Shown here: piece by piece, positions 49,013-61,867 of the stretch
Position numbering within the stretch: position 1 is the first letter of the stretch
Layout of the letters: each line of letters opens with the position of its first letter
NCBI GenBank assembly: GCA_964016885.1
Contig: OZ024742.1
Location: 275,590,001-275,654,000 of the forward strand
DNA from: Eledone cirrhosa
Taxonomy: Eukaryota
Direction of reading: 5' to 3'
DNA: 64,000 nt
Program-made: the position numbers and the translations under genes
The notes under the pieces: generated by a model
Seen by the model: the letters and a program-made list of their open reading frames with translations, nothing else
The model's database searches: none
Told to the model about the DNA's origin: nothing

Positions 49013-51431
49013 CTAGCAGTGGTACCCGGCGTTGCACGGGATAATGTATTTTGGAACTCGGGCCGCCAACAGACGTGGAAAAACTGGATGCCTCGACAAT
49101 ATGTAAAGAAAATAAACAGAATACTCTGATGGCTGGATAATCTTTAAGATTTTCCTCGATGAAGCAGGAAAAATGCAGGTTTTCACCTAGGGGATGAAGA
49201 AAATGAATGTTCCTAATGTGCATAATATGCCTTGAAATTTCGTGAAAAATCGGCTAGACGTAAAGCTTAAAAAAAGCCCTAAAAGGCTAAAAAAATAAAG
49301 ATTTTCACCTAATGCGCGCCCTAGGTCATAAAAAAAGTTGGATTTTCTTTGCTCACGGTATGAAGAAAGGAATGCTAATACATAGTTACAATTTCAAGGA
49401 AATCGGTCTGACGTAACACCTCAAAATACCCCTAAAAAGCTGAAAAAAATACAGTTTTTCACCTACTGCGGACCCTAGGGGATCAAAATGTTGAATTTTT
49501 ATGTGCATAAAACACCCTGAAACAGAACGCGCGCCGGCATCGGAACTAATCGTGAGAATACTGCATGCCTGGACAATATGTAAAGAAAATAAACCGAATA
49601 CACTGTTGCAATTAGTATTAGGTATGCTTCTCCTTCCACGTGGAGAACTTTTGTTCTCGTAAAGGCACGTAAGTAAGCAACACTGTGAAAACTGAAGCTA
49701 TTATAGCGATGTTTATCTTTACCGACTTAATTTTTAGTGTTGTGTGAAATATATAACCTGAAAAATTTGATCTTTGAATCGCTGCAGGGTCGACTTTATT
49801 TCACTCACTCCACTAATAGTTGGATTTTCTTTGCTCACGGTATGAAGAAGAGACTAACTAATACATAGTTACCGGCTTTCATGTTTAGTGTTGTGTGAAA
49901 TATATAACCGCCTTAGCTAAGCTTAGTATTGCCACAACCACGACTGGCAAAGAAGTAAGGGTCTGGTGGTACGTAAGTAAGCAACACACTGGCTTAAAAC
50001 GTGAGGAAGAAGTTGTATGCACTTACCAAATGTATGGGGAATGAGTGTGAGATTTGTCTTGAGCAAGGGTCGCAGAATAACCGGAGGCAACAGTCAGACA
50101 GACATACAGACAGATATTATAAGGGCGCGTTCTGGACGCAGAGCGAATTGTGGGAAGTGACGTAATGCAGACAGCCAGACATACAGACAGATATTATAAG
50201 GGTGCGAAGTTATATGTATGCATCTAGCTAAAAAAAGAAAGACTAAGAATTATAGAGAGAGATCGCTATATCGCCTAAGGCGGTCCCTAGGGCATTGAAT
50301 ATTTGAATTTTGTTTTGCTCAGAGCACTCCCTGAACTTAAGTATTACATGTGTAAAGTTTGAAAACCATCGGTTGGGTGCTTCTCTACAATACTAAACGG
50401 TAAAATAGTAACTTTTGTTCTCGTAAAGGCACGTAAATAAACAACACTGTGAAAACTGAAGCTATTACGGCGATGTTAGTGTTGTGTGAAATATATAACC
50501 TGCAAACCTGATTATTGAATCGCAGCAGGGTCGACTTTATTTCACTCGCTCCACTAAAAGTTGGATTTTCTTTGCTCACGGTATGAAGAAGAGTCTGACT
50601 AATACATAGTTACCGGCTTTCATGTTTAGTGTTGTGTGAAATATATAACCGCCTTAGCTAAGCTTAGTATTGCCACAACCACGGCTGGCAAATAATTAAG
50701 GGTCTGGTGGTACGTAAGTAAGCAACACACTGGCTTAAAACGTGAGGAAGAAGTTGTGTGCACTTACCAAATGTATGGGGAATGAGTGTGAGATTTGTCT
50801 TGACCAAGGGTGGCAGAATAACCGGAGGCAGCAGACAGTCAGACATACAGACAGATAATATAAGGTCACGTTGTGGACGCAGGACGAATTGTGGGAAGTG
50901 ACGTAATGCATACAGCCAGACATACAGACAGATATTATAAGGGCGCGACGTTATATGTATGTATCTATCTAAAACGAGATTTGTCTTGAACAAGGGTGGC
51001 AGAATAAACGGATGCAGCAGACAGCCAGACATACTGTAAGGGTCTGGTGGTACGTAAGTAAGCAAGACTGTGGCTTAAAATGGAGACAGCAAACAGCCAG
51101 ACATACAGACAGATATTATAAGGGCGCGTTCTGGACGCAAAGCGAACTGTGGGAAGTGAGGTAATGCAGACAGCTAGACATACAGAGAGATAGTATAAGG
51201 GTGCGACGTTATATGTATGTATCTCTCTAAAAAGAGAAAGACTAAGAATTATAGAGAGAGATCGCTAAATCGCCTAATGCGGTCTCTAGGGCATTGAATA
51301 TTTGAAATTGTTTTTGCTCAGAGCACTCTCTGAAACATAAGTATTACATGTGTAAAGTTTGAAAACAGTCGGTTGGGTGCTTCTCGAGTTTTAGGGATTC
51401 AAACTCACACACACACAGACAGACATCCTCA

Positions 51432-51466
<35 letters not shown>
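49013..51466 (-). mobile_element. Non-autonomous Helitron with internal duplications
   Basis: 3' hairpin CCCGTGCAACGCCGGG + CTAG at 49013; homology to 15354-16326; 5' end merges into (TA)n. Confidence 0.85.
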
Positions 51467-51473
<7 letters not shown>

Positions 51474-52832
51474 CAGAGATCCATGGACGTGTTCCTTCTA
51501 GTGGTCTCTGTCCCTCGTTATGGCTGCCATGTCCTGCGTCTTCAACAGACCAGTATCTGTCCTTAGGGCATCAACATACGTTAACCTTGGTCTTCCTCTT
51601 CCAGTGTGTCCATGCAGGGGCTCCTACAGGAGCACTGAGTGCAGTGTCAACTCTGGATGTCGGTGAGCATGTCCAGCTAACCTCAGCCTCCTCTGTGTCA
51701 CTTTTGAGCTGACTTTTAGGAGGCTCCCAAACAGCTCTGAGTTTTTCATCCTAAGTGTATACTGACTAATGGTCAGAGCCATCCTCAGCATTCTCGTGTA
51801 GCACCCATCCACCATCTGAGTGAGTTTCTTGGTCAGTGTCCAAGTCTCTGACCCGTACAGCAGCACAGACTCCACTACAGCAATGAAGAGGCGGATCTTC
51901 AGGTCTCACGAAGGTCCGACTTCCACACTGATCTCAAGCTGTCGCACGCCGCTCATGCTTTGCTCTTCTTCTCAACCACATCATCTTCCGTATTCCCAAT
52001 CTTTGCTCCCAAATACAGGAAGTCCTCAACTAATTCCAGCGGCTTCCCGCCTACATTACTAATCCCGTCTGGTTTCTCAACATTCTCTACCAGACATTTT
52101 GTCTTAGTCTCATTCATTCTCAGCCCCACAGTCATCGACACAGTCGCAACTTCCTGCATCAAATCCTCTGCCTCCCTCACTGTATTTGTCACAAAAACTA
52201 TGTCGTCGGCAAATTCAGCATCCGATATCTTTTTCGCCTTAACTCTCCTGCTCTGAGCCGGTGTTACAGTAAAACCAGAGTCCTGATGTCTCTCCAGTGC
52301 AAGGCGCATACAATAGTCCACAGAGGTAGGGAGCCAATGTATCTCCCTGGAACACTCCAGCCAGTATCTCAAAGAACACTGTCATCCCATCAGGTGCAAT
52401 GACTTGGGCTTTGGTGTTGGTGTAGAGCAGTGATATCAGGTCCACTATCTTCTTGGGGATTCCATAAGCCTGTAAGATCTTCATCAGGCAGTGACGGTCC
52501 ACAGAATCAAAGGCCTTCCTAAAGTCAATGAAAACCATGACCACGGGAAGGCACGTTGCGCTAGCTCCCTCTAATATCCTCCTCAGCATCAAGATGTGAC
52601 TGGTGGTTGATCTTCCCTCTATGAAGCCGTTCTGGTTGTCCATCTCGGGCTGGATCCTGTCAAGAATCATCCTGTTGCGGGACTTTGCCACAACTGACGT
52701 CAGTGAGATCCCCCTGTAGTTGTTGGTGTTAGAGAGATCTCCCTTCTTTGGCACTAGAACGATGTTACTGATTCTCCACTGATTCGGGGCAACTCCCTTC
52801 TCCGGTGCCTGGTTACAGAACCCTAGGATGAT

Positions 52833-52836
<4 letters not shown>
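51467..52836 (-). mobile_element. RTE/RTEX-like LINE fragment, frameshifted RT
   Basis: PKKGDLSNTNNYRGISL, FIDFRKAFDSV, GVFQGDTLAPYL, FADD, FLYLG, ESVLLYGSETWTL, RLRLAGH. Confidence 0.88.
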
Positions 52837-52895
<59 letters not shown>

Positions 52896-52903
<8 letters not shown>

Positions 52904-54945
52904 ATACTTTGGGAGGGTCATGTTGCCAATAAGAAACACAAGCAAATTTAGGAATTTATAAATTTCCGGTTGGTTGGTTGGTTCCACAACCAGATGGTTG
53001 TTTATATATTGTCAAAGTTCTTTCGTCACACATTCTGTGACCTCTTCAGTGACTGGGAATTATTTTCTTTGTTTTGTGCCTGTCCTTTGTTCTGTCCTAC
53101 GCCATCTTGTTTTTGTGTGTGTTGTGTGCTACATCCGGGTGTCTGTGTGTTTTTTATTTGTTTATTTATTTGTTTATTTACATATTACTGGTTGGTTGTT
53201 TGTTCTATGTGTGAGTGTTTTCATTTTGTCCTTAATTGTAAGTTGTGATGTTGCTATTCCATTCATGTTTTCTATTTAATTTTGGTTGGAGTTCATTTAT
53301 GTTTATTGCCTCTTTGATTTGTCTAAACATTGCGTCTTTTCTGTGTGTAGATTCTATTTTTATTTCTATGTTCTCTAATTTACCCTTATGTTCTATTTTA
53401 GCATGTTGGTGGAATACTGATGATTCTTTTCTATCTTGAAGCTCTCGCCAGTGTTCATTTAACCGTTCTCCTATACTACGAGCTGTCTCACCTATGTACA
53501 CTATATTCTTATCTTTACATTGTCCTTCAGTACATCTTATGCTATATACTATGTTTCTAGTTTTACAGTTAATATGGGGGCTTAGTTTACAGATTATGCA
53601 TTTCTTATCTATACAGGGAGGTCTTTGAAAAGGGTATGTATTACTAATAAGTGTTTTTATGGAGGTACCTGGTCTTTCTACTATGTTAATATTAAGTTTA
53701 AGTTTATATAAGGCCCTTCTAAATTTGTAAGCTAATTCACCTCTAGGGGTTGTATTGATGAACATTACACTCTGGTATTTATTGCTATCATACCATGAGT
53801 TTATTCTATTAACCTTATTACTAGTTCTTTCTATTCTATTCCAAAATTTGCTCCTATCCAAGGGGCAGGTCCCATTTGTATCATTATTTACCATTTTTTC
53901 CCATTTGGTTCTGGCTCCTCTATATACTCTGATTTTATCTCTTTGATTGTAACCAGAGAACTGCATACGGTGGATGAAGTGTTGTATGTGACTCTCTAGT
54001 TCTTTGGGGTTGCACATGCGGGACACGTTTCTCATCACCCGTACTAAATCCACAATCAGTATGTTGATTTTGGTGTGATCCGAAACAGCTGAGTTTCGGT
54101 GGATCAGATATTTGGAAGTCATGGGTTTGGCATAATGGGAATGGAGGATTTGTTTTTTGTTATTAATGGTTTCTAACCAGAGCTCTGTGTCTAGTACAGG
54201 TAATCGAGGGTTGGGATGTGTACTTAAGTAGTCTATAGTAACTCTAAAACTCTGGTGGATGGAGTTAGCTATTTGCTGGATGCTTTCCATGGTGTTTTTC
54301 TCTAATTCCTGACTGTTCTCTAGTGGGGGTGTTTTTACTACGATGTTTATATCATCAACGTAGCGAGAGTACATTATCAGGGTTAAGAGGTTGCTGTCTT
54401 CTAATTATTCTTTAAGTTTATTGTCCCACCATATCATGAATAGGTTAGCTATGTCACCTGCAATGTTAACACCAATGGCTGCTCCCTCCTCTTGGGTATA
54501 TGTTTTTCCATTAAATTTGAACATATGTTCCTTAAGGGTTAGTTTCATACTGGCCCCTACCGCATGTGCAATCATTTTCTTTAGTTCATCGTGGTTTTCG
54601 GGGGTCCGTATGGCTCTGGTCCACCCGTTCCATCTTTCTGTGTGGGTTTTCTTGGCCATTGAGGTAATGGTAGATGGTCTGCCTCTTGATGGTCTTGTGG
54701 GGCAGAGGTTGCTAAGGTCATACGTATCTAGATAAACATTATTATATGTAAGTTTAAGTAGGAGTCCCAGCTCAGTGGTATCAATCCCACGGAATTCAAC
54801 ATTGCTCTCACTGATCATTTCTCCACAGCAAAATCCACGTAAAAAGTCTATGCAAAAATTTTCTTAATTTATAATAAATTGGAGTGAAAGCAACTGGTGC
54901 GTGTGTTTCTTATTGGCAACATGACCCTCCCAAAGTATAACAATA
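52896..54945 (-). mobile_element. Penelope-like element, 5'-truncated, one in-frame stop at 54405, short inverted terminal copy
   Basis: GAAIG, RYVDD, PVLD, CIDKKCIIC..C, NIVY..YIGETARS..RLNEH; ~54902-54945 is the reverse complement of 52896-52939. Confidence 0.9.
53011..53053 (-). ncRNA. Type I hammerhead in pLTR
   Basis: GTCA CTGAAGA G GTCACA-GAATG-TGTGAC GAAA GAAC TT TGAC. Confidence 0.75.
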
Positions 54946-54999
54946 TCGGTTTCAACACACGTTTTCAGATAAAGAATCTTGCTAAACAAATTCAGAAAC

Positions 55000-55098
<99 letters not shown>

Positions 55099-55111
55099 AA
55101 TATATATATAC

Positions 55112-55195
<84 letters not shown>

Positions 55196-55271
55196 CGAAG
55201 GAAATGTGGTAAGGAACCAGATGGACCATAACGCACCAAAGTACTCAATACTTAGGGTAGTAGAGTGGGTA

Positions 55272-55371
55272 ATAGGAACAAGTATGACCCCGACGGCAGA
55301 GCTATTCTGGACTCCAGAATTAGCCGTCGAAACGGCTTGAGCTCTGCCGTCGGGGTCATACTTGTTCCTAT
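55272..55371. repeat. Fold-back with perfect 32-bp arms enclosing two small hairpins
   Basis: Arms 55272-55303 and 55340-55371; inner ATTCTGGA-C-TCCAGAAT and AGCCGT-CGAA-ACGGCT. Confidence 0.9.
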
Positions 55372-56126
55372 ATATATATATATAAACTTTATATATATAT
55401 ATATAAAGTTTATATATATATACATATATATATATATAAACTTTATATATATGCATGCATAGCAAAATATACCCCCACCCATATATAAATATATATACGA
55501 ATATGTGTGCATATTATAACACCCACAGGATATGTTTAATGCACCAAATAGGTTTTGACCCTTCCAAAATGTTTGGTGGAACATGAACTATCAGGACAAT
55601 AAAATTTCAAAAGTAAACTTGTTAATCGTATCACATTTTCACCTTAGAAGCTTGCTCCTGATTTCCCAGTTTTCTGATTTACATTTATTTCCATTTAATC
55701 TTGTTATTAAAGAGTCTATAGTCTACCTAATAGCCAAAGGGTAAGCATCAAATGCGATGAGCTAGCGTATATGGCTTGCAGTGCAAAATATTAGTTGCCT
55801 ATAGCGCCGTTGGTATATCTTTGTTTAACCTTTCCCTGGTTTATCTTTAACAGAGCGCCAAGTCGACATTCCTGTATTAATTCTTTTATACATAATCTTA
55901 TATTCTATTTTCGTTTTCATTCTTGGAAGTATCTTAAAAAAAGAAAGTAATGATTTGTTCCTGCGACTTCTCTCTGGCAGGTATATTGCACGACAAACAA
56001 TTCAAACAATTGAGAAACTTTATTTGAATAATGGCAGATAGAATCAGAGGAAGTATTATATTATCCATATTTCAGTCTTAATATTTTCCCCATTTTGCAG
56101 ACACAGACTCATACACGCGTGCGCCA

Positions 56127-56235
<109 letters not shown>

Positions 56236-56473
56236 ATAAATTAACGGAGCCATAGACTCCCGCTATTCCCTGTCAATAATGTGCTCAAAGGAGAAGGAAA
56301 CCTGAGCTCTTTAATATACAATATGTTGAAAAGGTAACACACTAGAGAAAGATATAGTGCGCTATCAAGAAAACAGGGAAAAACCACCAGTGTATGGAAT
56401 CTATAACCTATGTAGACACACGATAATTAAGAATATAAATTAAAGTGTAAATACATGCCTCTATAACTATATA

Positions 56474-56556
56474 ACACACGTACAAATCCAAAGAGATCTG
56501 TTTCGCCAGTAAGTTGTTGACATAAATGAAATAACCCATGTTTCATCAGCGTGTGT
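56474..56556 (-). ncRNA. Type I hammerhead with full stem III
   Basis: ACACACG CTGATGA ... GAAA CAGATC-TCTTTG-GATTTG TA CGTGTGT. Confidence 0.8.
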
Positions 56557-57011
56557 AAGGCTATACATTTCAGACAACACTAAGAGAATTTAAAGCGACC
56601 GTCCAGCTACACGTGGGAGAGAGAAGTCACAGCGTGTTTAAGGGCAGTGAACCAGTGGCCTCTGATGGACGAGCTGCTAGAAAGGGCAGCCCAAAACCAC
56701 TCAGAGAGGTGTGCTCAACCAAACAGAGAGAGGGGAAAGACTGTTATAAGGAGCGAAATATCACGATAAATTAACGGAGCCATAGACTCTCGCTATTCCC
56801 TGTCAATAATGTGCTCAAAGGAGAATGAATCCTGAGCTCTTTAAAATACAATATGTTGAAAAGGTAACACATAAGCGAGAGATAGTGCGGTATCAATAAA
56901 ACAGGGAAAAACCACCAGTGTATGGAATCTATAACCTATGAAAGGCAGAGTAGACACACGATAATTAAAAATATAAATTAAAGTGTAAATACATACCTCT
57001 ATAACTATATA

Positions 57012-57094
57012 ACACACGTACAAATCCAAAGAGATCTGTTTCGCCAGTAAGTTGTTGACATAAATGAAATAACCCATGGTTCATCAGCGTGTGT
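57012..57094 (-). ncRNA. Type I hammerhead with full stem III (second unit)
   Basis: Same fold; stem II CCATGGGTT..AACTTACTGG. Confidence 0.8.
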
Positions 57095-58572
57095 AAGGCT
57101 ATACATTTCAGACAACACTAAGAGAATTTAAAGTGACCAGTAAGAAAAATAGCTCAATGCAAATACATCAGATGTTTTACAGAGCAGGAATATAAAAAGA
57201 TTAAATTTCTACCTATAAAATCACATAGCTACAACATTATTTCTCACAATATGGCTATGAGGAAAAATAATAAAAGTACTAGCCACTCTAACTCTAATAC
57301 GAAGGGTAATATCAAACTTAACTCGCACCAGAATAAACACCACAATAATAATATAAACAGAAATACAAATACCTCAAATAACATTACAAAAAACAAAAAT
57401 AGAAGAAGAATTAATACATTCTTCAATCCCCCTTTCAATCTAAACGTCTCTACCAACTTGCCTAGGGCTTTCTTCTCAATCCTGGAAAAATACTTCCCAG
57501 CCGGCCATAAATACTATAATCTTATCAATAAAAATACCATTAAAATCTCTTACTCTACCACACCTAACATCGCATACCATATAGCTAGTAGTAATAAAAT
57601 GAAGATTAATAATTATTTCCAACTAATTAAATCACAACAGGGGGTAAACTTACAAAGCAACATAGTACAAGAAAATTCTAGTAGCAATAATAATAATGGT
57701 AATAGCACTAATGAAATTAATAACAATCGGAACGACAACCATCATTACCCTAGTGTTATCCATAATAACCAGGCATCTACACAACATAGTAACCGGCAAG
57801 CAAACAACCAGAATAACTGTAACTGTAGAACAAATAGAACTTGCCCCTTAGGTAGCAATTGCTTAATCAAAGACATCATTTACTCATGCACGGTCAACAC
57901 AAACAACTTTTCTAAAACATATATCGGTTCAACTTCGAACTGCTTCAAGACGAGATATAACTCGCATCTCCACACTTTCAAAAATCGCAATCTAGTCAAC
58001 TCCACTTCTTTATCTAGCTATATTCACTCTCTGAAAACTAGGAATAGACCATATACACTTCAATGGGAAGTAATAAATAGGGCCACATCGTATAAACCAC
58101 CGAATAAATTGTGTAACCTCTGTCTTCTAGAGACCCGCACTATAATCTATTCGAAACTAGACCTCCTAAATAGAAAATCAGAGGGGTTTTTTTCCATGTG
58201 CCAGCACTACCACCGACACTCTTTCCATAACTTTAAACCTAGCTGCTAGTATATAACAATATCAGATCTGAATTCCTCACCACCATTAACACTCCACCTC
58301 TAGGTCTTATCAGCATATAATTACCCCCATAGCATCACACTCTATGATCAGCTCATTCCTCTACCTAACTCCTATTTATCTCAAACCTTATACTCTTCAA
58401 TAACTATTAGAAATAAACATAAAGTTACCACCATTTAATATAACTACTATAACTTACTTATATTATATTCAGTAATGGATAGATAATAATATGATGAGAC
58501 ATTTAATGTATTATAGGAAAATAAATTATATTTATAATTAAATATATAAATTAATAGCATTATATATAAGGG

Positions 58573-58727
58573 TTGGACGCCATGCTTTCTATCATAGTTA
58601 CGTCCATTTACGGTCTGAGTTCATATCCCGCCGAGGTTAACTTTGCCTTTCATCCTTCCGGGGTCGATAGAATAAAGTACCAGTAATGCACTGGGTAATT
58701 GCTGGCCTTGTGCCAAAAGTAGAAACA
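58573..58727 (+). mobile_element. tRNA-derived SINE, 5'-truncated, 14-bp TSD
   Basis: TSD ATTATATATAAGGG at 58559-58572 and 58728-58741. Confidence 0.85.
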
Positions 58728-58933
58728 ATTATATATAAGGGATTCACTTATAACATAATGTAATGTATATTAATAACACAAGAGATTTAACTAATTGGAC
58801 CTGCAAACAACTATACATTTTTTCTATAGCTTACTTATATTTTATTCAGTAATGGATAGATAACAATATAATGAGACCTTTAATGTATTATAGGAAAATA
58901 GACTGTATTTAAAATTAAATATAAATAAATAAC

Positions 58934-59122
58934 TGTTTCTACTTTTGGCACAAGGCCAACAATTACTCAGTGCATTACTGGTACTTTATTTTATCGACCC
59001 CGTAAGGATGAAAGGCAAAGTTAACCTCGGCGGGATTTGAACTCAGAATGGCAAGGGCCGTAACTCTATGCGTCAAAGCATGGCATCCGACCCACTACCG
59101 ATACTGCCAATCCACCGCCTTA
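58934..59122 (-). mobile_element. tRNA-derived SINE, full-length, 18-bp TSD
   Basis: TSD TAAATATAAATAAATAAC at 58916-58933 and 59123-59140; A and B boxes present. Confidence 0.88.
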
Positions 59123-59972
59123 TAAATATAAATAAATAACATTATATAAAAGGGATTCACTTGTAACACAATATAATGTATATTAGCACAAAGAATTTAA
59201 CTAATTGAAACTATAAACACCTATACATTTTCTCCATTTTTTCTTCTTTTTACTTTCATATACAATTTAATCACTAGTTACCTCCCTTTCGCATTAGCTC
59301 CCCTTAATATAGACCTCAAACTCACTTCCGGAAATTAAACCGTTAGAAGAATCGCTATAGAACAACTCGAACCAAGGATAACAATATAATAGGACCAATA
59401 TACAATCCATAGCTGTAACTAACTAAAAACATTCACTAAAATAAAATTTAACCAATGCAATGGAAAAGATAGCAATAACATTGATACTCTCAACACATAC
59501 ACATTTGAACATTACAGAAACAATCACCGCATTACATCCACCATAAACTCGTAATTTTAATACACAACCACCTTTGCCTGCTTGATATCCTTGTAAACCT
59601 ATGTTATTTTATGTGATACCTTTGCCATACAGTAATTATATATGCCTAGTACCATTTCTTGTCTCCTTCCTATATATGCCTAACGCATTTGCACTCTCTA
59701 CACATTTGCATATGTACTGCTGGTGTCCTCGTTTTACGAGTAACTTTTCTCCTTAATGCCTCTTTAATTATTATACTATTCCCTTGTGATATCTGTCGCA
59801 TGCATTCCACTCTGTGCTTTTTAATTTTAATTATTGTACAATTCTCTTATAATATATGTCGCATCCATTCCACTCTGTAAATACGAAACTATTATTGACA
59901 GCATTAATATCCATGTATCTACATGATTGTTCAGTTGAATAGGAGGTTAACTGTATGTACAAACATTGCTAG

Positions 59973-60019
59973 TGCTCCGATGAAACCAAACGAAAGTTTG
60001 GAAGAAACGATTGTCAGCA
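59973..60019 (+). ncRNA. Type I hammerhead, U4C core
   Basis: TGCT CCGATGA AA CCAAAC-GAAA-GTTTGG AA GAAA CGATTG TC AGCA. Confidence 0.7.
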
Positions 60020-60055
60020 ATAAAATTATTTGAACATAACTTTGATTATTGTGTA

Positions 60056-60125
<70 letters not shown>

Positions 60126-60269
60126 ATAATAATGTATATATATATGTGTGTGTGCGTGTGTGTGTGCATGTGTTCATGTATATACTTACATAATCACACA
60201 CATATACACAGAGACACACAGACACACACACGCACGCATACAGACACACACACGACACACATACATACA

Positions 60270-60730
60270 CACACACGACAACGTCGGTTGAAGAAAGCAG
60301 AATTTTGGCTGCTTGCTAAATCGTAGACACATAAAAAGATAACACACACACACATACATACAAACACACGACAGCGTCGGTTGAAGCAAGCAGAATTTTG
60401 GCTGCTTGCTAAATCGTAGACACATAAAAAGATAACACACACACGCATACACACAAACACACGACAGCGTCGATTGAAGCAAGCAGAATTTTGGCTGCTT
60501 GCTAAACCGTAGACACATAAAAAGATAACACACACACACATACACACAAACAGCCGACAGCGTCGGTTGAAGCAAGCATAATTTTGGCTGCTTGCTAAAT
60601 CGTAGACACTTAAAAAGATAACACACACATACACACAAACACATGACAGCGTCGGTTGAAGCAAGCAGAATTATGGCTGCTTGCTAAATCGTAGACACAT
60701 AAAAAGATAACACACACACACACACACACA
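60270..60730. repeat. ~93-bp minisatellite, 5 copies, each with a hairpin and a CA-rich spacer
   Basis: AGCAAGCAG-AATTTTGG-CTGCTTGCT in each unit. Confidence 0.9.
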
Positions 60731-61585
60731 CTAGATAACACTACATGCGGCTTTGATCGGGAGGGTCATTTAGAGGGAATTGGGGGGGGGCACAGCCCCA
60801 CTTTCCGCCATGGCGATTAGACTGCATTCCCTGCTTTCCAGGTTACCCTTCGCCATATATATATATATATAGTTGTTATATAGTAAGGTGCAATATTGGT
60901 TGTGTAAAAAGGTCCAATAACTTTATGTTAGCAATATTAAGTTCTCCACGTTTTTGTATATCTCCAATTCCATTCGAGGGAACAGCTAGATGATGTAAAA
61001 CGGAGTATAAGTACAGCAGAATACTGAACTGAACTTACTTGCGCGCACGCACTTGTGTCTGTGTATGTGTGTGTAGCGTTGGTTAACTTAACAGTTCCGA
61101 TTTACATCGTCAAATTGAGATTTGACCGACATAATTTCTGTTGCTTTACGAACTAACTTTTCGGTGATTGCTGTGTTGGTACATTCTTATATATGCTTTT
61201 TCTCGAATGTCGCTTCGGTGTGTGTTGGGGTGTATGTGTGCTCACCCACGCTAATTCTGCGGGTTTAATACTGTGTTGTTGTGTGTATATGTATTTATTT
61301 TTATGTTTATTTTTATTTTTCTTTGACCTCGAGCTGATTTATGCGGGTGTGGAGTGTGTATCCACTTACTTCTAACTGTGACTGACTGCATCCCTACGGA
61401 TTTGTTTCGATGTCCAGCGTCTTTTGCAGCGATGGAAGTCTGAAAACTTTTGTGACCTCAATTTTATCCTAATAGCAGTCGCCTCGTCTCTGACTGACTG
61501 GTGTGTCTCCATATGAGGGAATGAATTATGTGAGGTATCATCGTTTTTTCTCCCTCATATCAAGAAATTTGAAGACAATTCATTT

Positions 61586-61665
61586 TCACCTGATGAGATC
61601 AAGATCAGTGATAATTGATCGTGGCTTCACAATCGATCTATCTTTTATTGAAACATGTGTCGTGA
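61586..61665 (+). ncRNA. Type I hammerhead near the 3' end of a non-coding segment (~60871-61708) between TA tracts
   Basis: TCAC CTGATGA GATCAAGAT...ATCTTTTATT GAAA CATGTG TC GTGA. Confidence 0.7.
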
Positions 61666-61706
61666 TTAAATGATTGGAATTTTACCTTGCCTTCGGATTT
61701 TCATTT

Positions 61707-61802
<96 letters not shown>

Positions 61803-61829
61803 GGTTACACAACAGTTAGTTCACCATAC

Positions 61830-61867
61830 CGAGAACAATTATTTCACCTTAACGGATCCTCAGCTCG
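61830..61867 (-). ncRNA. Minimal type I hammerhead in pLTR
   Basis: Mirror of 63175-63212. Confidence 0.65.

Larger units (their letters stand above)
57140..60058 (+). mobile_element. Naiad-type PLE 3' fragment (GIY-YIG ORF 57251-58249) with long 3' region ending in an HHR
   Basis: FFNPPF, CNCRTNRTCPLGSNCL, IIY..YIGST, CNLC, CQH. The link to the distal HHR is inferred. Confidence 0.8.

Noticed and set aside
60270-60730. CRISPR-like repeat-spacer array
   Set aside because: Spacers are near-identical CA tracts; eukaryotic context.
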